A DNA stretch of 64,000 bases from positions 520,391-584,390 of the forward strand of contig JAJTFA010000001.1 in NCBI GenBank assembly GCA_021299635.1, read 5' to 3'. Source of the DNA: Sphingobacteriales bacterium. Lineage in GTDB: Bacteria > Bacteroidota > Bacteroidia > UKL13-3. A program made the position numbers and the translations under genes. Under the pieces are notes generated by a model that saw only the letters and a program-made list of their open reading frames with translations, was not told where the DNA came from and made no database searches. Each line of letters begins with the position of its first letter. Position 1 is the stretch's first letter. This document shows positions 38,121 through 48,314 of this stretch, in pieces.

Positions 38121-40001
38121 ATGAGAGCAGAAAAATCATTAAGTGAGGTGCATGAGAGTGTACAGATTCCGGAAAAGAAAAACTTCTGGAAAACACTTTT
38201 TGCATTTATTGGTCCGGCTTATCTGGTAAGCGTAGGTTATATGGATCCGGGCAACTGGGCTACCGATATTGCCGGGGGTAGCAAATTTGGCTACCAGCTT
38301 ATTTGGGTGCTGCTCATGAGCAACCTGATGGCATTGTTGCTGCAAAGCTTGTCGGCCCGACTGGGTATTGTTAAAGGCTGGGATTTGGCGCAAGCCTCCA
38401 GACAACAATATCCGAAATGGGCCAATGTTTCATTGTATGTGTTTGCAGAGATTGCCATTGCTGCCTGTGATTTGGCCGAGATTATTGGTATGGCTATTGG
38501 TTTGCAGTTGCTGTTTGATTTGCCACTTGTTTACGGGGTATTAATTACAGCTCTTGATACTTTTCTTTTGCTTTTTCTGCTCAACAAAGGTATCCGCAAA
38601 ATGGAAGCATTTATACTGGTGCTGGTTGCCGTAATTGGTGTTTCTTTTGTGGCAGAAATGCTCATTGTTAAACCAAGTATGGCAGAAGTGGCCACAGGCT
38701 TTGTGCCCACCGGTTTATCGCATACTGCGCTGTATATTGCTATCGGCATTATTGGTGCTACCGTTATGCCGCATAACCTGTACCTGCACTCTGCTCTGGT
38801 GCAAACCAGAAAATTTCCAAAGGATGAAAAAGGGTTGGCGCGTGCCATTAAATTCAATTTCATTGATTCGGTAGTGGCCCTCAATCTTGCTTTTTTTGTG
38901 AATGCAGCTATCCTGATTTTAGCAGGAACAGCTTTTTACAGATTGGGCTATCATGAAGTTTCAGACATAAAGGATGCACATATCCTGCTTAAAAATATTT
39001 TTGGCGATTTGGCACCTGCCTTGTTTGCCATTGCACTTATTGCTGCGGGTCAGAGCTCAACCATCACCGGCACACTTGCCGGACAAATTGTAATGGAGGG
39101 TTATTTAAACCTGCGCATCAGCCCATGGCTCAGGCGGTTGCTCACCAGGTTGGTGGCCATCATCCCTGCCTTGTTTACCATTCTGTTTGTTGGTGAAAAC
39201 AAGTTGGGTGATTTGCTCGTACTGAGTCAGGTTGTATTAAGCATGCAACTGGGATTTGCAGTTATCCCGCTTATCCATTTTACCTCCAGCAAAAAACTCA
39301 TGGCCAAATTTGCCATTGGCAATACCCTTAAAATACTGGCATGGCTCTCTGCCATTATCATTGTTTCACTCAACGTTAAACTGGTTATAGAGGAAATACA
39401 ATCGTTTTTTATTTATCTGGAAAACGGTTTCTGGTGGCTCAAGTTATTGGTATTGCTTGCGGCTGCTTTTGCTGCGGTGCTGCTCATCTTCATTTGTGTA
39501 GAGCCATTTCTACATCCTTACACAGCGGAAAAAAACGGGGTGCCGCATGGCAAAGCCATTTCATTTACAGAAGTTGAAAAACCACAATACAGGCATATTG
39601 CACTTACAGTAGATTTTAGTGCCAATGATGAATCAACCATACAGCATGCATTATCTATGGGTGGCAAGCAGGCACGTTACCTGCTCATACATGCTGTAGA
39701 GTCGGCCGGGGCCTTGCGCATGGGCGAAGAAATCCTGGATAATGAAACCCGACATGATTTACTGAATTTAAAAGCCTACCAAAACCGCCTGGTAGAAATG
39801 GGTTATGAGGTAAGCATAGAACTGGGCTTTGGTAAATCGGCAAGGGCCATTACAGATATTATTAATAAAAATGAAATTGATTTGGTGGTGATGGCTGCAC
39901 ATGGGCATACCGGCATTAAGGATTTTATTTTTGGTTCAACGGTAGATAAAGTGCGCCACGCAGTGCGTCCGGCTGTATTTATTGTTAAAAGTTCATCCTG
40001 A
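38121..40001 (+). CDS. mntH: Nramp Mn2+ transporter with C-terminal universal stress (USP) domain
   Basis: YMDPGNW, GATVMPHNLYLHS, GQSSTITGT; C-terminal DLVVMAAHGHTG...GSTVDKV. Confidence 0.93.
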   Translation: MRAEKSLSEVHESVQIPEKKNFWKTLFAFIGPAYLVSVGYMDPGNWATDIAGGSKFGYQLIWVLLMSNLMALLLQSLSARLGIVKGWDLAQASRQQYPKWANVSLYVFAEIAIAACDLAEIIGMAIGLQLLFDLPLVYGVLITALDTFLLLFLLNKGIRKMEAFILVLVAVIGVSFVAEMLIVKPSMAEVATGFVPTGLSHTALYIAIGIIGATVMPHNLYLHSALVQTRKFPKDEKGLARAIKFNFIDSVVALNLAFFVNAAILILAGTAFYRLGYHEVSDIKDAHILLKNIFGDLAPALFAIALIAAGQSSTITGTLAGQIVMEGYLNLRISPWLRRLLTRLVAIIPALFTILFVGENKLGDLLVLSQVVLSMQLGFAVIPLIHFTSSKKLMAKFAIGNTLKILAWLSAIIIVSLNVKLVIEEIQSFFIYLENGFWWLKLLVLLAAAFAAVLLIFICVEPFLHPYTAEKNGVPHGKAISFTEVEKPQYRHIALTVDFSANDESTIQHALSMGGKQARYLLIHAVESAGALRMGEEILDNETRHDLLNLKAYQNRLVEMGYEVSIELGFGKSARAITDIINKNEIDLVVMAAHGHTGIKDFIFGSTVDKVRHAVRPAVFIVKSSS

Positions 40002-40492
40002 TGGAGCAGCGTTTTACGGAGTTAAAAGCCAAGGCAACAAAAGAGCTGGATGCAACTAAGAAATTCTTTGAGCGCCTGAAAAAGAAAACACCCAAAGACC
40101 TGGACGATCAGTTTCTGCAATTGCATGAGCAAGCATTTGGGCATATTGATTGTTTGAAGTGCGCCAACTGCTGCAAAACCACCGGTCCGCTTTTTTTGCA
40201 GAAAGATATTGAACGGTTGGCAAAGCATCTAAAAATGAAGCCGGGTGATTTTATTACACGTTACCTGCACATGGATGAGGACGGAGATTTTGTATTGAAT
40301 GTATTGCCTTGCCCTTTTCTGGGTGCCGATAATTATTGCTCGGTTTATGATGCCCGCCCCAATGCCTGCAGGGAATACCCGCATACCAACCAGAGAAAAA
40401 TGCATACCATTTTTAAAGAAACACTCAACAATACGTTGGTTTGTCCGGCTGTTTTTGAGATTGTAGAAAAATTGAAATCGGTTTATCCTTAG
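40001..40492 (+). CDS. YkgJ-family Cys-cluster (CxxCxxCC) protein
   Basis: CLKCANCC, PCPFL, CSVY..RP.ACREYP. Confidence 0.88.
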   Translation: MEQRFTELKAKATKELDATKKFFERLKKKTPKDLDDQFLQLHEQAFGHIDCLKCANCCKTTGPLFLQKDIERLAKHLKMKPGDFITRYLHMDEDGDFVLNVLPCPFLGADNYCSVYDARPNACREYPHTNQRKMHTIFKETLNNTLVCPAVFEIVEKLKSVYP

Positions 40493-40902
40493 TTTATCTG
40501 TGCATCTAAAAATCGGTCTTGCATGGCGGCTGTTGGCAAATAGCAGCTTTCGTGCTTACCAAACCAGCCATAACGGTTATTGGCAATAAACCGGTACACG
40601 GCATTTCTGATGAATGCAGGAATGGCAAATAATAACACAGCAAAAGCATAAACACCTCCAAGTTTTTGCAAGGCCCTGATGGCGGCACCAGAGCGCGTAT
40701 ACAGCTTGCCGTTGTCTTGCAACACAAAGGTGTTGGTATCGGTATCAGAAGGCAAGGCTTGCGCTGCATAAGCCGATTGCAGGGATGCAAAACGAAATAC
40801 TTTCTTACGATCACGCTTGAGTATAAACTGTACACTGCGGATGCATAAACCGCAATAACCATCAAAAAAAATAATCGGATGCCGGGTGGTAGTTGCCTTC
40901 AT
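40489..40902 (-). CDS. DCC-family thiol-disulfide oxidoreductase (YuxK-like)
   Basis: FFDGYCGLC, FASLQS, YRFIANNRY. Confidence 0.9.
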   Translation of the reverse strand: MKATTTRHPIIFFDGYCGLCIRSVQFILKRDRKKVFRFASLQSAYAAQALPSDTDTNTFVLQDNGKLYTRSGAAIRALQKLGGVYAFAVLLFAIPAFIRNAVYRFIANNRYGWFGKHESCYLPTAAMQDRFLDAQIN

Positions 40903-40953
40903 GATAATCTATGCTGCAAATGTTTATCTTCGCGCCTTCAAATTTAGTACAAT

Positions 40954-42282
40954 ATGTTTGAAAGCTTAAGTAGTAAACTCGATAAAGCCTTTAAAACACT
41001 TAAAGGGCAAGGTAAAATCACCGAAATCAATGTAGCCGAAACGATTAAGGAAATTCGCAAGGCATTGCTTGATGCAGACGTAAACTATAAAATTGCCAAA
41101 CAATTTACTGATACGGTTAAAGAAAAAGCACTTGGCCAAAATGTACTCACCGCGGTTTCTCCGGGCCAGTTGCTGGTAAAAATTGTAAACGATGAACTGG
41201 CTTTGTTGCTAGGCGGCCAAACGGCCGATGTTAACCTTAATGGAAACCCTGCTATTATTTTAATGGCAGGCTTGCAGGGTTCAGGTAAAACAACACACAC
41301 AGCCAAACTCGCATCTTTCATTAAGAAAAAAGGAAAAAGTGTGATGATGGCAGCGGCAGACGTTTATCGTCCGGCTGCTATTGAGCAGCTCAAAGTGTTG
41401 GGTGCGCAAATTGATGTGCCTGTTTACTTTGAAAATGAGAATAAAAATCCGGTAAGCATTGCCCAAAATGCATTGAAAAAGGCCAAAGAGGAAGGGGTAA
41501 AGGTGCTGATTGTGGATACAGCCGGCCGCTTGAGTATTGATGAGGAAATGATGGCAGAGATTGGCAATATCAAGAAAGCACTTTCGCCTCAGGAAATTTT
41601 ATTTGTGGTGGATGCCATGACGGGTCAGGATGCCGTGAATACAGCCAAGGCATTTAATGATGTGTTGAATTTTAGTGGTGTGATTTTAACAAAGCTGGAT
41701 GGTGATACACGCGGTGGTGCTGCGCTATCTATCAAGTCAATCGTTGATAAACCCATTAAGTTTATCGGTACAGGGGAGAAGATAGAGGCATTGGATGTGT
41801 TCCATCCGGATCGTATGGCTCAGCGTATTTTGGGTATGGGTGATATTGTGAGTTTGGTGGAGCGTGCACAACAGGTTTTTGATGAAGAAGAGGCAGAACG
41901 TATTCAGAAAAAATTACTGAAAGACCAGTTTACGTTTGAAGATTTTTATACCCAAATTCAGCAGATTAAGAAAATGGGTAATCTCAAAGATCTCATGGCC
42001 ATGATACCCGGAGTGGGTAAAGCAGTAAAAGATCTGGATATTAGCGATGATTCATTTAAACACATAGAGGCCATTATCAATTCCATGACGCCTGCTGAGC
42101 GTAAAACACCTGATATCATCAATGGCTCTCGCAGAAAGCGTATAGCCAGCGGCAGCGGAACCGATATTCAGAAAGTAAATCAGTTGTTGAAGCAGTTTGA
42201 GGATATGCGCAAAATGATGAAAACCATGAGTAAATTTCAGGGTTCAGGACGCGCCATGCCCAATCTGCCATTTATGAGGTGA
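40954..42282 (+). CDS. ffh: Signal recognition particle protein Ffh
   Basis: GLQGSGKTT, DVYRPAA, DTAGR, TKLDGD, Met-rich M domain with SRRKRIASGSG. Confidence 0.98.
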   Translation: MFESLSSKLDKAFKTLKGQGKITEINVAETIKEIRKALLDADVNYKIAKQFTDTVKEKALGQNVLTAVSPGQLLVKIVNDELALLLGGQTADVNLNGNPAIILMAGLQGSGKTTHTAKLASFIKKKGKSVMMAAADVYRPAAIEQLKVLGAQIDVPVYFENENKNPVSIAQNALKKAKEEGVKVLIVDTAGRLSIDEEMMAEIGNIKKALSPQEILFVVDAMTGQDAVNTAKAFNDVLNFSGVILTKLDGDTRGGAALSIKSIVDKPIKFIGTGEKIEALDVFHPDRMAQRILGMGDIVSLVERAQQVFDEEEAERIQKKLLKDQFTFEDFYTQIQQIKKMGNLKDLMAMIPGVGKAVKDLDISDDSFKHIEAIINSMTPAERKTPDIINGSRRKRIASGSGTDIQKVNQLLKQFEDMRKMMKTMSKFQGSGRAMPNLPFMR

Positions 42283-42314
42283 GAAGGTTTGCCTGAAGAA
42301 ACATCTGCCTAAAT

Positions 42315-43136
42315 TTAAGGCAAACTGTTTTTAAAATCCTGATAGCGCTGTTGAAAAGTTTGTCCCGTTTTGCTTCCCAATGCGTTCCATTCATTTTCAA
42401 TATTCACAATACGATTATCAGGGTTGGGATGTGTGCTCAAGAATTCAGGCGGACTGCTGCTTCCCTGACTAATAATTTTTTCGAAAAAGTATTTTGCACC
42501 ACGTGCATCATATTCGGTAGGGTACAGGTAAATCACAGAATATTTATCAGCTTCTGTTTCATTATCGCGGCTAAATTTTAAGCCAATTACGGCTGTTGCC
42601 ATTTCTGCTACCAATCCGGGGTTATTGCCCAATACCACGCTGAGTAGCGTTGTGATGCCATAAATCTTTGTAAGTTGATCGGTACTATGCCTGCGGTCGG
42701 CATGCGCTATTTCATGACCCATGACTCCGGCCAGCTGGGTTTCATTATCAAGAAATTTTATTAAACCGGTATACACATAAATATAACCGCCCGGTGTGCA
42801 AAAGGCATTGAGCACATTATCATTTTTAATGATCTTGGTTTGCCATTCAAATTTGTCCTTATAAAAAACTTTACCTCCATCAAGGATGGTTTTGGTAATG
42901 CGCCTTAAATGACCATAGGCAACCGGATACTGTGTTTCGCTGAGGATGGGATACTCTTGTGGATTTTTTTCAATCTCAGCAACGGTTTGTTTGCCTAACT
43001 GAATATCATCAGTCACGCTAAAAATATTAACGGAGTCATCATCCGGATTATCCTTTGAGCAGGAGGCTAATCCTAAGCTTAGCGAAAGGAGTAAAACCCA
43101 AATGGAATGTTTGAATATGCCTGATAGTTTCATCAT
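42315..43136 (-). CDS. M48 family metallopeptidase, lipoprotein
   Basis: Lipobox LASC; NAF.TPGG, GHEIAH, FSRDNETEAD, LSTHP. Confidence 0.92.
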   Translation of the reverse strand: MMKLSGIFKHSIWVLLLSLSLGLASCSKDNPDDDSVNIFSVTDDIQLGKQTVAEIEKNPQEYPILSETQYPVAYGHLRRITKTILDGGKVFYKDKFEWQTKIIKNDNVLNAFCTPGGYIYVYTGLIKFLDNETQLAGVMGHEIAHADRRHSTDQLTKIYGITTLLSVVLGNNPGLVAEMATAVIGLKFSRDNETEADKYSVIYLYPTEYDARGAKYFFEKIISQGSSSPPEFLSTHPNPDNRIVNIENEWNALGSKTGQTFQQRYQDFKNSLP

Positions 43137-43156
43137 CTTCTCAAAAATAAGGTTAT

Positions 43157-44563
43157 TTATTTAATTGGGGTAAGGCCATATTTTTTCCCCAGTTCAAGCA
43201 TAAACTTTACTGCTGCTTCTTTGGTATTGGCAATTTGTCCTTCCAGAATCTGTTCTCTAATTTCTGTTTTAATGAAACCCACTTCTCTTGATGGTCCTAT
43301 CCCAAAAGTTTTCATGATATCTTCACCTGTTACCGGAGGCTGCCAGTTACGTAACGCATCACGATCTGTTACATCAGCCACCATTTGTTCCACTTCCTTA
43401 AGCCGCTTGCGGTATAACTGCAACTTCTGAGGATTTTTGGAGGTCATATCTGCACGACAAAACATAAATAAGGCATCAATATCTTCTCCAGCATCTACAA
43501 TCAATCTTCTGATGGCAGAATCTGTAACACCGTCTTCCGCCAATGCTTTTGGACGGTGATGCATAGAAACAATTTTCTCTACAAATTTCATTTTCTCATT
43601 GAGCGGAAGCTTGAGTCGTCTGAAAATACCTGATACCATTCTGCCACCTTTGTCTTCGTGTCCGTGAAAGGTCCATCCATTGCCGGCATCAAAACGTTTG
43701 GTTACAGGCTTTGCAATATCATGCAGGATCGCAGCCCACCTCAGCCAAAGGTCATTGCTTTCTGTGCTAAGGTTATCAAGTACCTGCAAGGTGTGATAAA
43801 AGTTGTCTTTATGGGCTTTACCTTCTTTTGTTTCTATGCCTTGCATTGCCTGCAGTTCAGGAAAAATTAATTTTAATAGTCCGCATTCAAACAAGAGTTT
43901 AAATCCTACTGAAGGAACAGGAGCTAAAATCATTTTATTCAGTTCTTCACTGATGCGCTCTGTGGAAATAATTTTTATGCGTTCTCTATTGCGGCTAATG
44001 GCTTCAAAAGTTTTAGGGGCAATCGTAAAACCCAGTTGTGCTGCAAACCGGATGCCACGCAGCATGCGCAGTGGGTCATCACTAAAGGTGATATCAGGAT
44101 TTGTTGGGGTTTGTATGATGCCTTGGTTCAAATCATTAATGCCATTAAAAGGATCAACCAAAGTTCCGAAATCATCATTTAAACTAATGGCCAGTGCATT
44201 TATTGTAAAGTCTCTTCTGTTTTGGTCATCTTCTAGTGTGCCCGGTGTTACCTCAGGCTTTCTGGAGTCTCTGGAGTAGGATTCTTTTCTTGCGCCAACA
44301 AACTCTACTTCCCACTCCTTGGTTTTTACCATGGCTGTTCCAAAATTTTTGAAATACGCGTAGGTAGCATCTTTGCCGCAGGTTTGTGCAAATTGCTTTG
44401 CAAGGGCAATGCCATCACCAAGTACCACCACATCCACATCTTTTGTTTTTCTTTTTAAGAGCGTATCGCGCACATAGCCACCTACCACATATGCGGATAC
44501 ATTGCTTGCTTTGGCAATTGTTGCTATCTGTTTAAATATCGGATCTTGTAATGCTTCTTTCAC
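43157..44563 (-). CDS. cca: CCA tRNA nucleotidyltransferase with HD domain
   Basis: VGGYVRD, DVD, RRDFTINAL, DDPLRMLR, LHDIAK. Confidence 0.92.
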   Translation of the reverse strand: MKEALQDPIFKQIATIAKASNVSAYVVGGYVRDTLLKRKTKDVDVVVLGDGIALAKQFAQTCGKDATYAYFKNFGTAMVKTKEWEVEFVGARKESYSRDSRKPEVTPGTLEDDQNRRDFTINALAISLNDDFGTLVDPFNGINDLNQGIIQTPTNPDITFSDDPLRMLRGIRFAAQLGFTIAPKTFEAISRNRERIKIISTERISEELNKMILAPVPSVGFKLLFECGLLKLIFPELQAMQGIETKEGKAHKDNFYHTLQVLDNLSTESNDLWLRWAAILHDIAKPVTKRFDAGNGWTFHGHEDKGGRMVSGIFRRLKLPLNEKMKFVEKIVSMHHRPKALAEDGVTDSAIRRLIVDAGEDIDALFMFCRADMTSKNPQKLQLYRKRLKEVEQMVADVTDRDALRNWQPPVTGEDIMKTFGIGPSREVGFIKTEIREQILEGQIANTKEAAVKFMLELGKKYGLTPIK

Positions 44564-44583
44564 GCGGCTAAAATACTAATCAG

Positions 44584-46593
44584 TTATTGTTTTCTTTTCG
44601 GTTGAATACCTTCCAGCTGGAAAACAGCTGAAACAAACATTCGTAAGCCAATATTGGCACCCGCTGGGTGGTATATTTCATCCTGATTAAACACATTGCG
44701 CAGGGTGGCATTGAGTTGCAGCTTGTTTTTAAAAACCGACTTGCTTACTCCTACATCACACAAAAATAATTTCGGCATTTTTTGCATGATGGCATCACCT
44801 GCAGGGGTTGTCCTCATCCATTGCGTTTCGGATTGGTAATACCATCTGTTCCAAACTTTCAGTTGTTTGGGCAGGTTGCTTTCCAGTATCAAACTTAACT
44901 TGTTTTTAGGTATACTCAATGCAAGCATTTCATCACCAGTTATATTGCCGGTTCTCATGTAGTTTAAATACATCACCACATTATCTACTACATTATAATA
45001 AAGATTTATTCTGTTAATTAAATTGCTCATGCCTGCTCCCGTGCCGATGGTGCTTGAACTGTAATGAGGTAAGGTTAGGTTAGCATATTGTATAAGCTGC
45101 AATTGATCCCAAATATTTTTATACGCGATATTGTAGGTAAGTCTAACGTTATTACCAATAGTAAGCCCGTAATAAAAGTCGGTGGTAAACTGCTTTGGCA
45201 GCACCTGTTGAATATTGGTGAAAATACCACCGCTGCCAAAATTAGATAACAATATATTGGTGCTTAACACAGGAATCAGTTCCTCCTCACTGATGCGCTG
45301 ACTGTAGCCAAGTATCAGGTTCCAGTTTGTAATTAAATCAACCCGCTTGTAAATGCCGGTTGTTACTTTAAATCCTTCATTAAATCTGCCTACCACAACT
45401 TCAGCATCTGTATTCAGCATGGCTTTTCTGCTAATGGGAAGGTGTAGCGAGGAGTAAGGTTTAATCAGTGTTTGCTCAAACTGCTTGTTTGTAATGTATT
45501 CAAATTGGTTTAGTGAGGCTGCAATGCCATTCTTCCATAAGGCCGCTTTTTTTCTTTTGATAAATTGATAGCTGTGTGTAAAGTTTAGCAATACCAGTTG
45601 TGTGTTGCGAATTTCATAGCCGGGTCTTCCCAAAGCATTGGTATCATTCAATTGCCCGTTTACCGATAAACTTAGCCTAAAACGGTGTGCAGCATTCTTG
45701 CGGTATTCTACCAGATAGCCGGCCTGGTAATAGTTTTGTTCCTTATACAATTCTGTTGCAAGCGGCATAAAGAAATCAAACTCTGCCGCACGTGTATAAT
45801 ATCCGTTTAGCTGATGATACCAGTTTTTACCGGCATAGCTCAGTTCAGGTCTGATGCCAAGCAGGTTACTTTTGGTGGTTAGCCCGGGATTATTGGTTGC
45901 TAAAAATCGGTTGCCCACCTGCTGGCTTCGCGCAAAATAATCCTGATAGGTATAATTGATTTTACATTGCAGTTGCTTGTTTGCATAACCTGCGGTATGC
46001 GCATAGTTGAGCCCAATTTTATCAATATTATACAGATTGCTGTTCAGGTAGCGGTAAGGTCCCGGATCGCCCGTAACATTTCCCTGATTAATGAATGCTT
46101 TGTAAAAAAAGCCGGAAGGCATTTTTTTGGTGATGATATGAATGAGACCTTTATCAGCATATTCATTCAGATAAAGAATGGGGGTATTTATAATTTCAAT
46201 TCGTTCAATATCATGCACGGGTATACCCAGTGTATTGATGTGTGCGGCATCAAATGTATTTACAATTACCCGTTGCCCGTTTACCATCAATATCCAGTTT
46301 TGGTTGCCGTATGCGGATGTGCCATTGCTTTGCATATACCAGCGGTCGCCATTGATGGAAGAAAAGGTCCATGCATCGGCCAGTTGTAAAATATCACTAA
46401 GCCTGCTATATCCGCTTAACCTGATTTGTTCTGCGGTGATGATTTGTCTTTGTGAGCTTGCCGGATTTTGCAATTGCGTAATATTATCTCTGTTTGCTGC
46501 ATCAATCAAGGCACTGTCTGTTTGACCAAATGCAGGGAATCCAAAAGGCATTAGTAGACTAAAGATAGCAGCAATTTTATTTACTCCAGCCAT
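44584..46593 (-). CDS. TonB-dependent receptor-like outer-membrane protein
   Basis: Plug motifs IITAEQI, LMVNG, IERIEII; terminal NVFNQ...beta strand. Confidence 0.75.
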   Translation of the reverse strand: MAGVNKIAAIFSLLMPFGFPAFGQTDSALIDAANRDNITQLQNPASSQRQIITAEQIRLSGYSRLSDILQLADAWTFSSINGDRWYMQSNGTSAYGNQNWILMVNGQRVIVNTFDAAHINTLGIPVHDIERIEIINTPILYLNEYADKGLIHIITKKMPSGFFYKAFINQGNVTGDPGPYRYLNSNLYNIDKIGLNYAHTAGYANKQLQCKINYTYQDYFARSQQVGNRFLATNNPGLTTKSNLLGIRPELSYAGKNWYHQLNGYYTRAAEFDFFMPLATELYKEQNYYQAGYLVEYRKNAAHRFRLSLSVNGQLNDTNALGRPGYEIRNTQLVLLNFTHSYQFIKRKKAALWKNGIAASLNQFEYITNKQFEQTLIKPYSSLHLPISRKAMLNTDAEVVVGRFNEGFKVTTGIYKRVDLITNWNLILGYSQRISEEELIPVLSTNILLSNFGSGGIFTNIQQVLPKQFTTDFYYGLTIGNNVRLTYNIAYKNIWDQLQLIQYANLTLPHYSSSTIGTGAGMSNLINRINLYYNVVDNVVMYLNYMRTGNITGDEMLALSIPKNKLSLILESNLPKQLKVWNRWYYQSETQWMRTTPAGDAIMQKMPKLFLCDVGVSKSVFKNKLQLNATLRNVFNQDEIYHPAGANIGLRMFVSAVFQLEGIQPKRKQ

Positions 46594-47156
46594 GATTTTA
46601 CTTTTTTGGGTGTTTGTAAATAAAAGCGTGTTTGTACCTGCACCAAGTGTTGATCAAATCGGGTAGCGGTATAAATCCTGGAAAAATAATAGCCAACCAC
46701 TAAACCAAAACGCCCTTTATGCCATGAAACCTGAGGTGTGATGCTCATACATAATTCAGATTCGCCCTGCACATGTTTATTCACATTGTTGTCTTCAAAT
46801 TGCATATAGGCATTGCCTATCATTGTCGCAATATGAAATGTGAATGCGGCCCTTGTAGGAGCCCTAAACTCGTAGCCTGCGCTGATGGTGGTAAGACTAA
46901 AATCAGGGAAGGATGAAGTAGATTGGTAATTTGTATATTTAATATCAGCTAACAAGTAACCTTTCCAGTAACGTATGCCACTAATGAATTGAATTTGGGG
47001 ATTGCTCTTCCACTCAGGATTGATGCCTGCAGAAGAGGGGTGAAGGTAGCCAACACCAAAAAACACTTTATTAAAAATAGAATCTTTTTCAGCTGCAAAT
47101 AACGTGAGGTTACTTGCAAGCAGAATGAAAACCATGAGCAGCTTTTTGTGCACCAA
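46581..47156 (-). CDS. Hypothetical outer-membrane beta-barrel protein
   Basis: Signal peptide, alternating amphipathic strands; overlaps the downstream receptor gene; start uncertain. Confidence 0.55.
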   Translation of the reverse strand: MVHKKLLMVFILLASNLTLFAAEKDSIFNKVFFGVGYLHPSSAGINPEWKSNPQIQFISGIRYWKGYLLADIKYTNYQSTSSFPDFSLTTISAGYEFRAPTRAAFTFHIATMIGNAYMQFEDNNVNKHVQGESELCMSITPQVSWHKGRFGLVVGYYFSRIYTATRFDQHLVQVQTRFYLQTPKKVKSWLE

Positions 47157-47158
47157 TT

Positions 47159-47890
47159 CTATTTTTTACCAAAAACTTTTTTCAGTAAATCGGTAACCTG
47201 TTCCAGTGGATTGCTTCTGATGGCTTTTTCTTTTTCGGCAACTTTTAAAAACAAGCCATCCAGTCCTTTGCGCGTTACATGTTCACTCAGGCTGTTGGTT
47301 TTTATTTGTTCAAACAACAAACCGCCAAGTGATGCAGTATTGTATGCATTAATAAGGTCTTTGTATGATTGCTCTGCAGAAATACCCAGAATAATTGGTT
47401 TGGAAAGGGATGCACTGATTTTGGGTTGAAAGGCCACCCGAAGCGGGTCATAGGTTTTATCTTTCAGGTAAACGGTTGCAGCCGTATCGGCACCATTTAA
47501 AATATTCAGTCCGTCACCAATCGTCATGCTGGTAATGGCATCAATAAATATGGGTTTGGCCTCATCTGCCGCATCTTCCGCTGCGCGGTTAATGGTTAAT
47601 ACGGTTTGCTCTATGAGGGCAGAGCCACCCGGAACTTTTGAAATGTTGGTATAAATAGCCTGCGCCTCATCAGGTAAAAAAATCTTTACTGCGGCATCTT
47701 TATAATACCCGTCAACCTTTGAAAGCATGGTTGCAGATGAATCTGTGCCAACAGATAGCGCCTGTTTTAAACCGGCAATAACTTCTTCATTCGAAAGGCC
47801 ACCATCATTCAGCACCTTATCAATTTCTTCTTTGGTACAGGCCACTGTTAATGCAGCCATCAGGCATATGCTTGCGATAATTTTTTTCAT
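47159..47890 (-). CDS. DUF4197 family lipoprotein
   Basis: Lipobox TVAC; GLKQAL..G, NRAAEDA, GADTAAT.YL, LDGLF...EKAIR.NP. Confidence 0.88.
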   Translation of the reverse strand: MKKIIASICLMAALTVACTKEEIDKVLNDGGLSNEEVIAGLKQALSVGTDSSATMLSKVDGYYKDAAVKIFLPDEAQAIYTNISKVPGGSALIEQTVLTINRAAEDAADEAKPIFIDAITSMTIGDGLNILNGADTAATVYLKDKTYDPLRVAFQPKISASLSKPIILGISAEQSYKDLINAYNTASLGGLLFEQIKTNSLSEHVTRKGLDGLFLKVAEKEKAIRSNPLEQVTDLLKKVFGKK

Positions 47891-47976
47891 TTGTTTGTGT
47901 ATTTCAACTTATCCAAAAGTAATACCATTCGGCATATTTAAAAAGCAAATCAGATTGCTTTGTGCAGCTGCATGGT

Positions 47977-48314
47977 TTATCTTTTTATTTTTCGATTGCC
48001 ATCGGCATCAAACACTACATTTAAGTATTTCTCTGTTCGGTAAGTCACAACTGCCAGTCTGTTAAAAGCTGGAATCATAAGGTATGATTCAATTTTTTTA
48101 TATCCATAGGCCGGCTATACCAAAAAATAGAAACCATAAATAAAAACGCATGGATGCGAATGAGCCACGTTAATGCATTGGCATTGGCAAATTTCCATGT
48201 ATCGGCATTTTTCATGCTCATACCTGTTCTGTATCCGTAAAAAGCATTTATCTGTTTAGGAGGAACATATTTAAGGATGATGCCTGCCAGCAACAGAATG
48301 AAGGAGATAATCAT
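47977..48314 (-). pseudogene. SdpI/YhfL-family membrane protein, frameshifted
   Basis: N-part PPKQINAFYGYRT..SMKN.DTWKFAN; the family-like tail TEKYLNVVFDADGNRK lies in the -1 frame after an A7 run (48093-48099). Confidence 0.7.
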
